Assembly: GCA_049997795.1 (NCBI GenBank)
Contig: JBEKVT010000001.1
Location: forward strand, 173,222 to 237,221
Source of the DNA: Minisyncoccia bacterium
GTDB lineage: Bacteria; Patescibacteriota; Minisyncoccia; Phycocordibacterales; PALSA-1337
DNA length: 64,000 bases
Reading direction: 5' to 3'
Shown: one piece after another, positions 10,003-19,667 of the stretch
Numbering within the stretch: position 1 is the first letter of the stretch
Layout: every line of letters starts with the position of its first letter
The notes under the pieces: generated by a model
Told to the model about the DNA's origin: nothing
The model's input: only the letters and a program-made list of their open reading frames with translations
Databases searched by the model: none
Program-made: the position numbers and the translations under genes

Positions 10003-10073
10003 TGCGGGCAGGGAGAATCGAACTCCCGACTACTGCTTGGAAGGCAGTCATTTTGCCATTAAACCATGCCCGC
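10003..10073 (-). tRNA. tRNA-Trp (anticodon CCA)
   Basis: cloverleaf drawn by hand: acceptor GCGGGCA/TGCCCGC, anticodon loop TTCCAAG, T-arm GGGAG-TTCGATT-CTCCC. Confidence 0.8.
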
Positions 10074-10127
10074 GCCTAAGCTTATATTAACACAAGCCTG
10101 CTTCTCTCCCTGGATGTTGCTTGCGTG

Positions 10128-10200
10128 TCGGAGCGCCGGGATTCGAACCCGGAATCACCTGTACCCAAAACAGGTATGTTAGCCGTTACACCACGCTCCG
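10128..10200 (-). tRNA. tRNA-Pro (anticodon TGG)
   Basis: acceptor CGGAGCG/CGCTCCG with a C1-G72 pair typical of tRNA-Pro, anticodon loop TTTGGGT, T-arm CCGGG-TTCGAAT-CCCGG. Confidence 0.75.
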
Positions 10201-10220
10201 CCTATGGCTCGCTCATCCTA

Positions 10221-10601
10221 TCACAGGACAATGTCTTTAATCCATTTCACCCTTGCCCGGCGCGCAGTCATGTCCATGAAGACACAGAGGACGTGGAAAT
10301 GGAATTCAACGTCCGGCCCCCATCCCCGGTCCGATATATAGGTCTCGACCATCTTTCTTATATGCCTCACCTTCAGCCCGTGCACATTATCCTCCGGCCT
10401 GTGGGCATCAAAGGATCGTTCCGCATGCGCCGCGGTCACGCTCTTGACTTCAAAGAAGTGCAGGAGGCTGTCCTTTAATGCCACGACATCCAGCTCACCC
10501 CATTTCTTCCAATAATTTCGAGCGATAATCTCAAATCCCCTATTCTTAAGGAAAAGGCAGGCGACATCTTCTCCAATATTCCCCTTTGCTCTTTTGTGCA
10601 T
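10221..10601 (-). CDS. YraN family (UPF0102) predicted endonuclease
   Basis: N-terminus KGNIGEDVACLFLKNRGFEIIARN matches the YraN family pattern. Confidence 0.65.
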   Translation of the reverse strand: MHKRAKGNIGEDVACLFLKNRGFEIIARNYWKKWGELDVVALKDSLLHFFEVKSVTAAHAERSFDAHRPEDNVHGLKVRHIRKMVETYISDRGWGPDVEFHFHVLCVFMDMTARRARVKWIKDIVL

Positions 10602-10900
10602 GGCTTGTTAAATGATTAAACATTAAATGACAGCTTTATTTACACGTGAAAATGTTTCTGGTGAAAAGATTTATGCTTGTTTTCTTATAAATCCATTATT
10701 ATTAAAGACGTGGATAGGCCATCATTCCTGTCTTTTATTAACAAAATCCACAGGATTATCAACACTTTTCACGTGCAACGAACGGATTTGGGCCGTATTT
10801 AAAGGAACAACCACATTATAAATCAAAAAGACGCCGAATTTTTGTCCGAAACAGATAAAACGGGCCAAAAAGATGATCCTTCTTTAACTTTCTAACCTTG

Positions 10901-10971
10901 TGCGGGTAGGGAGAATCGGACTCCCACCTCGTCCTTGGCAAGGACGCGTCCTACCACTAAACGATACCCGC
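10901..10971 (-). tRNA. tRNA-Gly (anticodon GCC)
   Basis: acceptor GCGGGTA/TACCCGC, anticodon loop TTGCCAA, T-arm GGGAG-TCCGATT-CTCCC. Confidence 0.8.
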
Positions 10972-11039
10972 AAAGTCACGAGATTATAGCGCAGATTCCA
11001 TATTTACAAAAGGCACCCATCGGGTCCGATCCTGACAAG

Positions 11040-11111
11040 CGCCCTCGGAGGGATTCGAACCCCCAACGACAGTTCCGAAGACTGTTGTGATATCCGTTTC
11101 ACCACGAGGGC
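11040..11111 (-). tRNA. tRNA-Arg (anticodon TCG)
   Basis: acceptor GCCCTCG/CGAGGGC, anticodon stem ACAGT/ACTGT with loop CTTCGGA, T-loop TTCGAAT. Confidence 0.7.
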
Positions 11112-11167
11112 GTGCGTCCATAGTAGCGCACATAGGAAAAAAGCGGAAACTGTAGTAGAATCTTCCC

Positions 11168-12655
11168 ATGAAAACGGCTCAAAATAGCCCTATTCCCAAG
11201 GAAGTCACTGACGTCGCCAGAACGCTGGAGAGGGCGGGGTTTCAGGCCTATCTGGTAGGCGGTTGCGTGCGGGATCTCCTGCTCGGCCGCACGCCAAAAG
11301 ACTGGGATTTTGCGACCAACGCCGCGCCGGAGAAAATCCAATCTCTGTTCCCGAAAACCGTCTACGAGAACGCTTACGGGACCGTGATGGTGATAAACGA
11401 ATCGGCCGAGGATGAAAGATTGAGGGCTATCGAGGTGACGCCGTATCGCCTGGAGTCCGGATACGCGGACCGCCGCCACCCCGACTCGGTAAGGTTCAGC
11501 GATAGGATAGATGATGATCTTAAAAGACGCGATTTCACCATAAACGCCCTGGCTGCCAGGCTTTCCGATAATGCCATAAAGGACGTGGTTGATCTGTTCG
11601 GAGGGTTTGGGGATGTAAAGGACAAAATCATCAGGACGGTGGGGGAGGCGGCTGATAGATTCAATGAGGACGCCTTACGCATGATGAGGGCGGTACGCTT
11701 GGCCGTGGAACTCGGATTCAAGATCAGCGACAGCATATTTAAGGCTATGCAGAGCCATAATTCACTGATAAAAGAAGTGTCGGCCGAGAGAGTCCGGGAT
11801 GAATTCACCAGGATAATCATGTCAAAAGGTCCAAAGAAGGGATTGGAATTGCTTCACGATTCCGGGATCTTAAAATATATCGTTCCGGAGCTAGAAAGAG
11901 GGCTCGGCGTCAAACAAAACCAAGCCCATGCCTATGACGTCTGGGAACATCTTTTAAGGAGCCTCCAACATGCCGCCGACAAGGAATGGGGGCTCGAAGT
12001 ACGCCTGGCCGCCCTTTTTCATGATATCTCGAAGCCGGAAACCAAGGGTTTTTCGCCGGAGACGAAACAACCGACCTTTTACGGCCATGAATTGAAAGGT
12101 TCACGTGAAACGAGAAAAATCCTTGAAAGGCTAAGATTTTCACGGGCAACGGTCGAAAGGGTCGTTAAATTGGTCCGTTGGCACATGTTCTTTGCCGACA
12201 CTGAGACGATAACGCTGTCGGCAGTCCGCCGGATGATAGTCAATGTCGGCAAGGAGAACATCTGGGACCTGATGAATTTGCGGGTCTGCGACCGCATAGG
12301 GACCGGCAGACCTAAGGAAAATCCATACCGGCTAAGGAAATATAAGGCGATGATCGAGGAAGCGCTTCATGACCCGATTTCCGTCGGCATGCTTAAAATA
12401 GACGGGAATAGGGTGATGGAGGTTTGCGCCATACCAGCCGGACCAAAAATCGGGAACATACTCCATGCGCTTTTTAACGAAGTCCTGGATGATCCCTCGT
12501 CGAATAGGGCTGACCATCTCGAGAAAAGGGCTCTCGAATTAGCGCGTCTTCCCGAGAAAGAGCTTGTCAAACTTGGCACGGAAGGAAAGGAACGGAAGGA
12601 AAGCGAGGAAGAGAAAAATATAGGGGAAATAAGGAAGAAACACCATGTCCTTTAA
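11168..12655 (+). CDS. cca: CCA-adding tRNA nucleotidyltransferase with HD domain
   Basis: pol-beta nucleotidyltransferase motif GGCVRDLLLGRTPKDWDFAT; C-terminal HD domain (LFHDISKP); a TAGAAT hexamer lies 6 nt upstream of the ATG. Confidence 0.85.
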   Translation: MKTAQNSPIPKEVTDVARTLERAGFQAYLVGGCVRDLLLGRTPKDWDFATNAAPEKIQSLFPKTVYENAYGTVMVINESAEDERLRAIEVTPYRLESGYADRRHPDSVRFSDRIDDDLKRRDFTINALAARLSDNAIKDVVDLFGGFGDVKDKIIRTVGEAADRFNEDALRMMRAVRLAVELGFKISDSIFKAMQSHNSLIKEVSAERVRDEFTRIIMSKGPKKGLELLHDSGILKYIVPELERGLGVKQNQAHAYDVWEHLLRSLQHAADKEWGLEVRLAALFHDISKPETKGFSPETKQPTFYGHELKGSRETRKILERLRFSRATVERVVKLVRWHMFFADTETITLSAVRRMIVNVGKENIWDLMNLRVCDRIGTGRPKENPYRLRKYKAMIEEALHDPISVGMLKIDGNRVMEVCAIPAGPKIGNILHALFNEVLDDPSSNRADHLEKRALELARLPEKELVKLGTEGKERKESEEEKNIGEIRKKHHVL

Positions 12656-12699
12656 TTATCCACAGGCATGTCCTTTACAATGTCCTTTATAGGACATAG
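12645..12699. repeat. three direct copies of ATGTCCTTTA plus dyad TGTCCTttatAGGACA just after the cca stop
   Basis: catgtcctttaattatccacaggcatgtcctttacaatgtcctttataggacatagg seen directly. Confidence 0.5.
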
Positions 12700-13042
12700 G
12701 ATATCTTCAGGTATAGCTTGCTCCCGGAGTTTAATCTAATTTAAATAGAGCGAGCAGCATGGCTCTTTGAACAACAATTGAAGAAGCTTGGGTAGGCCTC
12801 TTCATCTCTAGAAGTCATGCGAAACTCAGTCATCGCGTCCTTCCGTTGCTTGGGAATGAATGGCGACGTATTTTCTCTCATCAAATTTTAAATGCCTCCT
12901 CTCATCAGGAAGGCGACAATCTCGGAGAATGCACATCGTCACCCATAATGGGTCTTGAACGGATCTTGGAACGGTTCGGATGTGAAAGCTCTTTCATTCG
13001 CAGAACTTCATAGCCGCATCTTTGCGCATCCATCTCTCGTGG

Positions 13043-13070
13043 GCGCACTCAAAAGGTGCGGTTTTCTTTT
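13043..13070 (+). terminator. orphan Rho-independent terminator in the cca-xth spacer
   Basis: GCGCACtcaaaagGTGCG followed by GTTTTCTTTT; lies about 390 nt downstream of cca with no track ORF in between. Confidence 0.45.
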
Positions 13071-13163
13071 ATACGAATCTATCCGGATCGTTGATTTTTG
13101 GCCCAAAATAGCTCAAAAAATCGTAGTTTTTTAACTTAATAGGCCGCTGTTGAGCCGTAAAAA

Positions 13164-13931
13164 TCACCTCATGACAAGCTCTATCGGGCAATGGTCAGAA
13201 CCCATGATTTGGTCAAGGATCCTGGTTTTATCAACCCTTGGAAGCAGGCCCAGACTTACGAAAAAGTAGTCGATCCGCCAGCCGATATTGCGGTCTCTGG
13301 CGAACGTCTTCATGTCCCAGTATGTGTATTTGTCTTCGGCGGCAGGGTAAAAATGCCGGAAAACATCGACGTAGCCGGCGGCGAGCACGCCGTCTATCCA
13401 GGCCCGTTCGACCGGCAGGAAGCCGGTGTTCTCCTCATTCTCTTTCGGCCTTGCCAAATCGATCTCTGTGTGGGCCGTATTCACGTCCCCGCAGAATATG
13501 ACTTCATGTCCTTTTGCTCGCAGCCCATTGATGTACTTCAGAAATTCATCGTAATATCGGAGTTTGAAATCAAGCCGGTCTGGACCGCCGCCGCCATTCG
13601 GAAAATATATGTTCACGAGGACAAAATCTTTGAAAAACGAGGTCAAGGCGCGTCCTTCCTGGTCGTATTTCTCTATACCCAGGCCGTACTCGACTTTTTC
13701 CGGTTCGGTCTTCGAATACATGGCCACGCCGCTGTAACCTTTCTTATGTTTGGAGTGGTCGAAGTATGAAAAATAGCCGGGAGGGTTGCGGACGCCTTCC
13801 TCAAGCTGGTCCGCCTCGGCTTTGACTTCCTGGATACAATAAATATCGGGCGACTGGTTAAGGAACCAGTCAAAACCGCCCTTTTTGACGTTCGCCCGCA
13901 GACCGTTCACGTTCCAGGAGATGATCCTCAT
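13164..13931 (-). CDS. xth: exodeoxyribonuclease III (AP endonuclease)
   Basis: MRIISWNVNGLRA, IYCIQEVK and C-terminal SDHCPI motifs of the ExoIII/APE1 family. Confidence 0.9.
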   Translation of the reverse strand: MRIISWNVNGLRANVKKGGFDWFLNQSPDIYCIQEVKAEADQLEEGVRNPPGYFSYFDHSKHKKGYSGVAMYSKTEPEKVEYGLGIEKYDQEGRALTSFFKDFVLVNIYFPNGGGGPDRLDFKLRYYDEFLKYINGLRAKGHEVIFCGDVNTAHTEIDLARPKENEENTGFLPVERAWIDGVLAAGYVDVFRHFYPAAEDKYTYWDMKTFARDRNIGWRIDYFFVSLGLLPRVDKTRILDQIMGSDHCPIELVMR

Positions 13932-13952
13932 GTTGTTGATTATATCAATTAA

Positions 13953-14882
13953 TCACTTCCTCTTATCATGGAATTGCTTATGGATCCTGCCGAGCTCGCG
14001 GTCGGTCATGTGCGTGTAGATCTGGGTGGTACTGATGTTGGCGTGGCCCAAAAGGAGCTGAACGGAACGCAGGTCTGCGCCATTCTGCAGGAGATCGGTG
14101 GCGAACGAGTGGCGGATGACGTGCGGAGTGACTTTCTTCGAGATGCCGGCCTTCACGGCCCAGTGCTTGACGAGCCGCTCCACCGATCGTTTATCCAGAG
14201 CTAAGTCGCCGTTTCTGGCTTTTTCACGATTGAATCTGATGAATAAGGCGTCATCGACATCCGTCCGTTTGTCGAGATAGCGCTTAACGGCCTGCCTCGC
14301 CTCATCGGACAGGAAAACGACCCTGACCTTGTCGCCCTTGCCGCGGATTGGGAAGCTGTCTGCTCCGAAGTCGATGTCTCGGGTGAGGGAACACAGCTCC
14401 GAGGCGCGCAGGCCGGTGGAGAAGAGGAGCTCCAGGATGGCGCGGTCCCGCAGGGACTTCGCGTCCGTCCCGTCCGGGGCGTCGAGGAGCCGGCGCAGTT
14501 CTTCGTGAGATATGAGATCCAAATGGCGCTCCCCGGTCTTGGCCAGTTCTATATGCTCCGGCGAAAGAGCCCTGATGTCTCGCTTGGCGAGGAACTTGAG
14601 AAAGGCGCGCAGAGCGATCAGATGATAATTCTGGGTCCTTTTCTTCAAGGTCTCTCCTTTGTCGGCCTTATTCCGTCCCGTCAGCTGGCGGTTGAGCCAG
14701 AGGCGATAGTCCCGCACTACGGGATCGGTGATATCCTCGGCGCTCTTCACCCCGGTGCGGTCTATGAATCTGGTCAGATAATGATCGTAATTGATTATGG
14801 TCCTCAGCGACCGGCCCTTTTCGACTTCGATGTATTCCAGGAACTGCTGCTTGAGATCTTTGATATTGTACGACATAGACAC
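13953..14882 (-). CDS. tyrosine site-specific recombinase, XerC/XerD family
   Basis: C-terminal catalytic region HVIRHSFATDLL ... LLGHANISTTQIYTHM (R-H-R-Y family); N-terminal SAM-like domain. Confidence 0.85.
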   Translation of the reverse strand: MSMSYNIKDLKQQFLEYIEVEKGRSLRTIINYDHYLTRFIDRTGVKSAEDITDPVVRDYRLWLNRQLTGRNKADKGETLKKRTQNYHLIALRAFLKFLAKRDIRALSPEHIELAKTGERHLDLISHEELRRLLDAPDGTDAKSLRDRAILELLFSTGLRASELCSLTRDIDFGADSFPIRGKGDKVRVVFLSDEARQAVKRYLDKRTDVDDALFIRFNREKARNGDLALDKRSVERLVKHWAVKAGISKKVTPHVIRHSFATDLLQNGADLRSVQLLLGHANISTTQIYTHMTDRELGRIHKQFHDKRK

Positions 14883-14959
14883 ATTGTATCATGGCCCTAA
14901 TAAACGGAATATTCACGGTCAGTTGCACAAAAACGCTATTCGTGCTATTGTTATAAATC

Positions 14960-15226
14960 ATGTTAACCGCGAGACAGAAGAGCAACATCATCAAGAGCTC
15001 GGGCATCCATGAGAAAGACACCGGCTCGGCGGAAGTCCAGATTGCCCTACTTTCGAGGCGCATAGACGAGCTGACCGACCACCTGAAGAGGCATAAGAAG
15101 GACAATCACTCGCGTCGCGGCCTTCTCGGCATGGTCGCCGATCGCCAGACGCATCTCGGCTATCTCCGCAAGAATTATCCGCGTCGATATTCAAGCATTA
15201 TCAAAAAATTGGAGCTCAATAAGTGA
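14960..15226 (+). CDS. rpsO: 30S ribosomal protein S15
   Basis: 88 aa; [35 protein letters not shown] is the S15 signature. Confidence 0.9.
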   Translation: MLTARQKSNIIKSSGIHEKDTGSAEVQIALLSRRIDELTDHLKRHKKDNHSRRGLLGMVADRQTHLGYLRKNYPRRYSSIIKKLELNK

Positions 15227-15285
15227 TTTTGAGGGGAGTGCAGTCATAGGGCTGGCGCGCTTTTAATAGAACATAAAATTTTCAC

Positions 15286-15804
15286 ATGGCAGTCATCAAA
15301 CATAAGGAACAGCGCGTCGGAATTTTCATCGACGCGCAGAATCTCTACCACAGCGGCAAGAATCTCTATCATTCGAAGGTGAATTTCGGCAAGATCGTCG
15401 AGGACGCGCTCGACGGCAGGAAGCTCGTCCGGGCCTTGGCCTACGTGATCAAGACGGAATCCGGCGAAGAGAGCGCCTTTTTCGACGCCCTGGTCAAGAT
15501 GGGCATCGAGACAAAGATCAAGGACCTGCAAATCTTCAGTTCCGGCGCCAAAAAGGCCGATTGGGACGTGGGTATGGCGATAGACGCCGTGAAAATGGCG
15601 CCCAAGCTGGACGCCGTGATCCTAGTGACCGGCGACGGCGACTTCGTGCCGCTCGTCGAATATCTCCAGACCAATGAAGGTTGCCAAGTCGAGGTCGTTT
15701 CCTTCGGCAAATCCACCTCGGCCAAGTTGATCGAGGCCACCGACCACTTCATGGACCTCGACCAGTCGCCGAACAAGTATCTCTTGAGGACAGGGAGAAG
15801 GTAA
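15286..15804 (+). CDS. NYN-domain (LabA-like) protein
   Basis: RVGIFIDAQNL ... AVILVTGDGDFVPLVE pattern of NYN/LabA PIN-like domains; inserted between rpsO and pnp; a TAAAAT hexamer lies 6 nt before the ATG. Confidence 0.7.
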   Translation: MAVIKHKEQRVGIFIDAQNLYHSGKNLYHSKVNFGKIVEDALDGRKLVRALAYVIKTESGEESAFFDALVKMGIETKIKDLQIFSSGAKKADWDVGMAIDAVKMAPKLDAVILVTGDGDFVPLVEYLQTNEGCQVEVVSFGKSTSAKLIEATDHFMDLDQSPNKYLLRTGRR

Positions 15805-16031
15805 GATCGGATATCCGGGGACAGAAGGGGGGTCCGGGGCCAGCCCAGGCTTTTATGCGAGAACGCTGGTAATTTTGGCTTCCTTCTGCTACAGTTTCCT
15901 CGCTGTTAACCCAGCACCTTATAAATTAACTCGCCCCCGGATAGGCAGGTTTGAAGGAAACTTCAAGTCTGAAATCCTGGGGCGAAAAGCCGAAGAACGC
16001 CTTTGAATAAGGGCGCTTCGGACAAACCCTC

Positions 16032-18191
16032 ATGAAGAAAAAAGAATATTCGATCGAAGTCGGCGGCAAGACCTTGACCGCTGAATTCAACGATTTGGCG
16101 GACCAGGCCGACGGCGCCGTCATGCTGCGCTACGGCAACACCGTCGTCCTGGCCACGGCCGTCATGGGAGAGGTTCGCGAGAGCGATTATTTCCCGCTGA
16201 CCGTCGATTACGAGGAGCGCTTCTACGCGACAGGCAAGATTCTGGGTTCGAGATTCGTACGGCGGGAGGGCCGGCCTTCGACGGAAGCGATCCTCTCCGG
16301 CCGCGTCGTCGACAGGACCATTCGCCCCCTCTTCGACCAGAAGATGAGGAACGAGGTCCAGGTCGTGGTCACCACGATCTCCATCGATCAAGACGACCCG
16401 GACGTGGTCTCGGTCATCGCCGCTTCCTTGGCGCTCGGGACTTCCGACATCCCCTGGAATGGCCCCGTTTCAGCCGTCAGGATCGGCAAGAATCACCAGT
16501 GGCTGGTCAATCCGGACTTCAAGACCCGCGAGGATGTCGGGGTCGTGTTGGAATTGGTGGCTTGCGGCAAGGACGGGATGATAAATATGATCGAGGTCGG
16601 CTCCAAAGAAGTCTCGGAGGATGTCGTCAATGAAGGCCTGGCCAAGGCCTCGATCGAGATAGAAAAGATCCAGAAGTGGCAAGAAAAGATAGTGAAGGAG
16701 ATCGGTAAGAAGAAGACGGAGGTGAAACTGCCCCGGCCGACCCCCGGCACCGAGGAATTATTCAAGAAAGAGATAGCGCCGAAGCTCGCCAAGCACGTTT
16801 TCAGCGACGAACCTGGCCATGAGAAGATCAATGAGATCAACGACGGGTGGACGGCTCTCTTCGCCGAGAAACTGCCGGAAGGGGACGTCGCCATGGCGCA
16901 AGAAGTATTCGACGAGGCCGTCAATCAACTGATCCACGACGGGGCGATCGATGAAGACAAGCGTGCCGACGGCCGGAAAATGGATGATATCCGCCCGATC
17001 TTCGTAAGAGCCGGCGGCGTCTCGCCGATCCTGCATGGCTCGGGCATCTTCTATCGCGGCGGCACGCACATCCTGTCGGCTCTGACCTTGGGGTCGCCTG
17101 GCGATGCCCTGGTCATCGAGGGCGTAACGGTAGAAGAGAACAAGCGTTTCATGCATCACTACAACTTCCCGCCGTTCTCGACCGGCGAGACCGGCAGGAT
17201 CGGCGGCACCAACCGCCGGATGATCGGCCATGGCGCGCTCGCGGAAAAGGCCCTCTTGCCGGTCATCCCCGACAAAGATAAATTCCCCTACACTATCCGT
17301 CTGGTCTCCGAGGCTTTCGCCTCGAACGGCTCTACTTCCATGGGATCGGTCTGCGGCTCGACTCTGGCCCTAATGGACGGCGGCGTGCCGATCAAGGCGC
17401 CCGTGGCAGGTATTGCTTCGGGCCTCATGATGAGGAATGAGAAAGAATATAAGATCCTGACCGATATCCAAGGGCCGGAAGACCATCATGGGGACATGGA
17501 CTTCAAGGTCGCCGGCACTCGAGAAGGCGTCACGGCCGTGCAGATGGACGTCAAGGTTGGCGGCATCCCGCTCAAGATCCTGGGAGAGGCTTTCGCCAAG
17601 GCCAAGGCCGCCCGCTTGCGCATCTTAGACTTCATGGAGAAGGAGATCCCGAAGCCGCGCGCCAAGATCTCGCCGAACGCCCCGGAGATCCTCGTCATGA
17701 AGGTGAAGCCCGACCAGATCGGGCTCATCATCGGCTCCGGCGGCAAGACCATCAACGAGATAAGGGACGTCACACACGTAGAAGATATCACCATCGAGGA
17801 CGACGGCTCCGTCTTCATCACGGGGAAGAATGGCACGGCCGAGAAGGCCCGGGAAATCATATACAATATGACTCGAGAATACATGCCCGGCGAGCGCTTC
17901 GACGGGGAAGTGACGCGGCTCATGGATTTCGGCTTCTTCGTCAAGATCGGGCCGAATGCCGAGGGGCTCGTCCACGTCTCGGAGATGGCTCCGTTCCGGG
18001 TCGAGCGCGTCGAGACCTACGTCAAGGAGGGCGACAAGGTGCCGGTCGTGGTGAAAGAGATAGACGAGAAGGGCCGCATCAATCTGTCCATAAAACAAGC
18101 CAAGGCGGACTTCTTCTCCAAGAAGGAGGAGACGCCGAGGCCTCCGGGCGCCGGCCGGCCTCCGAGGAGAGAATTCAGGAAGCGGTATTGA
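16032..18191 (+). CDS. pnp: polynucleotide phosphorylase
   Basis: 719 aa; two RNase PH domains, KH (GSGGKTINEI) and S1 domains; conserved rpsO-pnp neighbourhood. Confidence 0.95.
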   Translation: MKKKEYSIEVGGKTLTAEFNDLADQADGAVMLRYGNTVVLATAVMGEVRESDYFPLTVDYEERFYATGKILGSRFVRREGRPSTEAILSGRVVDRTIRPLFDQKMRNEVQVVVTTISIDQDDPDVVSVIAASLALGTSDIPWNGPVSAVRIGKNHQWLVNPDFKTREDVGVVLELVACGKDGMINMIEVGSKEVSEDVVNEGLAKASIEIEKIQKWQEKIVKEIGKKKTEVKLPRPTPGTEELFKKEIAPKLAKHVFSDEPGHEKINEINDGWTALFAEKLPEGDVAMAQEVFDEAVNQLIHDGAIDEDKRADGRKMDDIRPIFVRAGGVSPILHGSGIFYRGGTHILSALTLGSPGDALVIEGVTVEENKRFMHHYNFPPFSTGETGRIGGTNRRMIGHGALAEKALLPVIPDKDKFPYTIRLVSEAFASNGSTSMGSVCGSTLALMDGGVPIKAPVAGIASGLMMRNEKEYKILTDIQGPEDHHGDMDFKVAGTREGVTAVQMDVKVGGIPLKILGEAFAKAKAARLRILDFMEKEIPKPRAKISPNAPEILVMKVKPDQIGLIIGSGGKTINEIRDVTHVEDITIEDDGSVFITGKNGTAEKAREIIYNMTREYMPGERFDGEVTRLMDFGFFVKIGPNAEGLVHVSEMAPFRVERVETYVKEGDKVPVVVKEIDEKGRINLSIKQAKADFFSKKEETPRPPGAGRPPRREFRKRY

Positions 18192-18215
18192 TGGTTTCCC
18201 GCTATAATAGCCATT

Positions 18216-19655
18216 ATGGAAGAAGACGACGCTTTACAGACGCCAAAAAACGAACCGGGTATGGAGGAGGGTGTTTCCCCGGGAGAGAGCGCGGATGAAG
18301 ACGGCGCCATCGACCCCGGAACCGGGGCCGGGCAGGTCTTCGACATCTCGCCTGATCTGAACATCTCTCTGCTCAAGGACGAGCCGGAAGCGGCGGCGGC
18401 GAAACAGGTCCCGCGGGACCAACCGACAGTGGCCGTTCCCTCCGCTCCGAAGATGGCCGTTCCTGCTTCTTCCGAAAACATCGCCCCTCCCTATGTCCGC
18501 CCCGTTCCTCCCGAGATCGACAGCCCTTCGGTCGCCAAGCCTATCATTCCCCCGGTCGGAGGTCCCGCGGTTCCTTCAGCCGTCCGGCCCGTTTTTCCTT
18601 CTCAGCCGCCGGCGAGCCGTCCTGCCGTCCCGCCCGCCGCTCCTTCCGCTGTCCGTCCGGCCTTTCCTTCACAACAGCCGCCCGCCGGTCCGGACACCCC
18701 CTTGGCTGCCGCCCTCTCCGGGGTGATCAGCAGCTTCGCCCCGGCAAAGCCGGTGCCACCGGTGACGCCGGCCATGCTCAAAAATCCCTCGAAGCTGAAG
18801 CCTTTGCGCACATACGAGAGCGACGTGGCCGAGATCATGTCTCACAAGGGCACTTCAGCCGCTTCCATCGCCATAGCCGAGAGAAAAAAGATGGGGATGG
18901 AAGGACAGGGGGGTGCGCCCGGCCCCGACGAAAAGAAAAAAGGGCGCTCTCGCTCCATATTAAAGCTTGTCCTCATTCTGGCGAGTCTCGCTCTCCTTGG
19001 CGGGGGAGCGGTCGTCGGCTACTATCTCTACAGCCAAAGCCCCCTCTCGATGCCGGCACCAGTCATGACCGAACCGAAGGAGTCGGTGTCTCTTGTGCCT
19101 TCCGATTCGCAGACGATCGTCAACATCGACAATCTCACGGCCTCGGCCATCTTGTCGCGCATCAAGGCTGAGGCATCGAAGCCGCAGAAGGCCGGCACCG
19201 TCAAAGAGATATCGGTGACCCGGACCGAAGGCGGCGTCCCGGCCCCGGTCTCAGCATCGGAAATGGCCGGAGCCGTGAACATGCCAGTACCCGACATCAT
19301 CCTCCGCACCCTGGAACCGATGTGGATGCTCGGCGTCTATGCCGGAGGGAGCGGCGCGAACAGCGCTTTCGTGGTGGTGACGACCAACCTCTTCCAGAAT
19401 GCCTTCGCCGGGATGCTCGGCTGGGAAGGCACCATGACGAACGACCTCGCGCCGTATATCGGCACCAGCACGCCGAACGGGCAATTCAAGGACGAGATCG
19501 TCAAGAACAAGGATGTGCGCGCCTTCGTCGCCGCGGACGGCTCGACCTTGTTCCTGTATTCATTCGTGGACAACTCGACCCTGGTCTTCTCCGGCAGCAA
19601 CGCGGCCCTGGCCGAAGCGATCAGCCGGCTTGAAAATCGGGCCTTCGTGCGCTAG
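18216..19655 (+). CDS. hypothetical proline-rich single-pass membrane protein
   Basis: N-terminal 230 aa rich in Pro/Ala/Ser repeats (AVRPVFPSQPPA / AVRPAFPSQQPP), one TM helix (ILKLVLILASLALLGGGAVVGYYLY), C-terminal globular domain; TATAAT 7 nt upstream of the ATG. Confidence 0.5.
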   Translation: MEEDDALQTPKNEPGMEEGVSPGESADEDGAIDPGTGAGQVFDISPDLNISLLKDEPEAAAAKQVPRDQPTVAVPSAPKMAVPASSENIAPPYVRPVPPEIDSPSVAKPIIPPVGGPAVPSAVRPVFPSQPPASRPAVPPAAPSAVRPAFPSQQPPAGPDTPLAAALSGVISSFAPAKPVPPVTPAMLKNPSKLKPLRTYESDVAEIMSHKGTSAASIAIAERKKMGMEGQGGAPGPDEKKKGRSRSILKLVLILASLALLGGGAVVGYYLYSQSPLSMPAPVMTEPKESVSLVPSDSQTIVNIDNLTASAILSRIKAEASKPQKAGTVKEISVTRTEGGVPAPVSASEMAGAVNMPVPDIILRTLEPMWMLGVYAGGSGANSAFVVVTTNLFQNAFAGMLGWEGTMTNDLAPYIGTSTPNGQFKDEIVKNKDVRAFVAADGSTLFLYSFVDNSTLVFSGSNAALAEAISRLENRAFVR

Positions 19656-19667
19656 CATATACGGCGC

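Noticed and set aside
10627-10821. 64-aa ORF in the AT-rich yraN upstream region
   Set aside because: Its composition and codon usage are unlike neighbouring genes, and it lies within an inverted-repeat-rich intergenic segment, so it is most likely non-coding.
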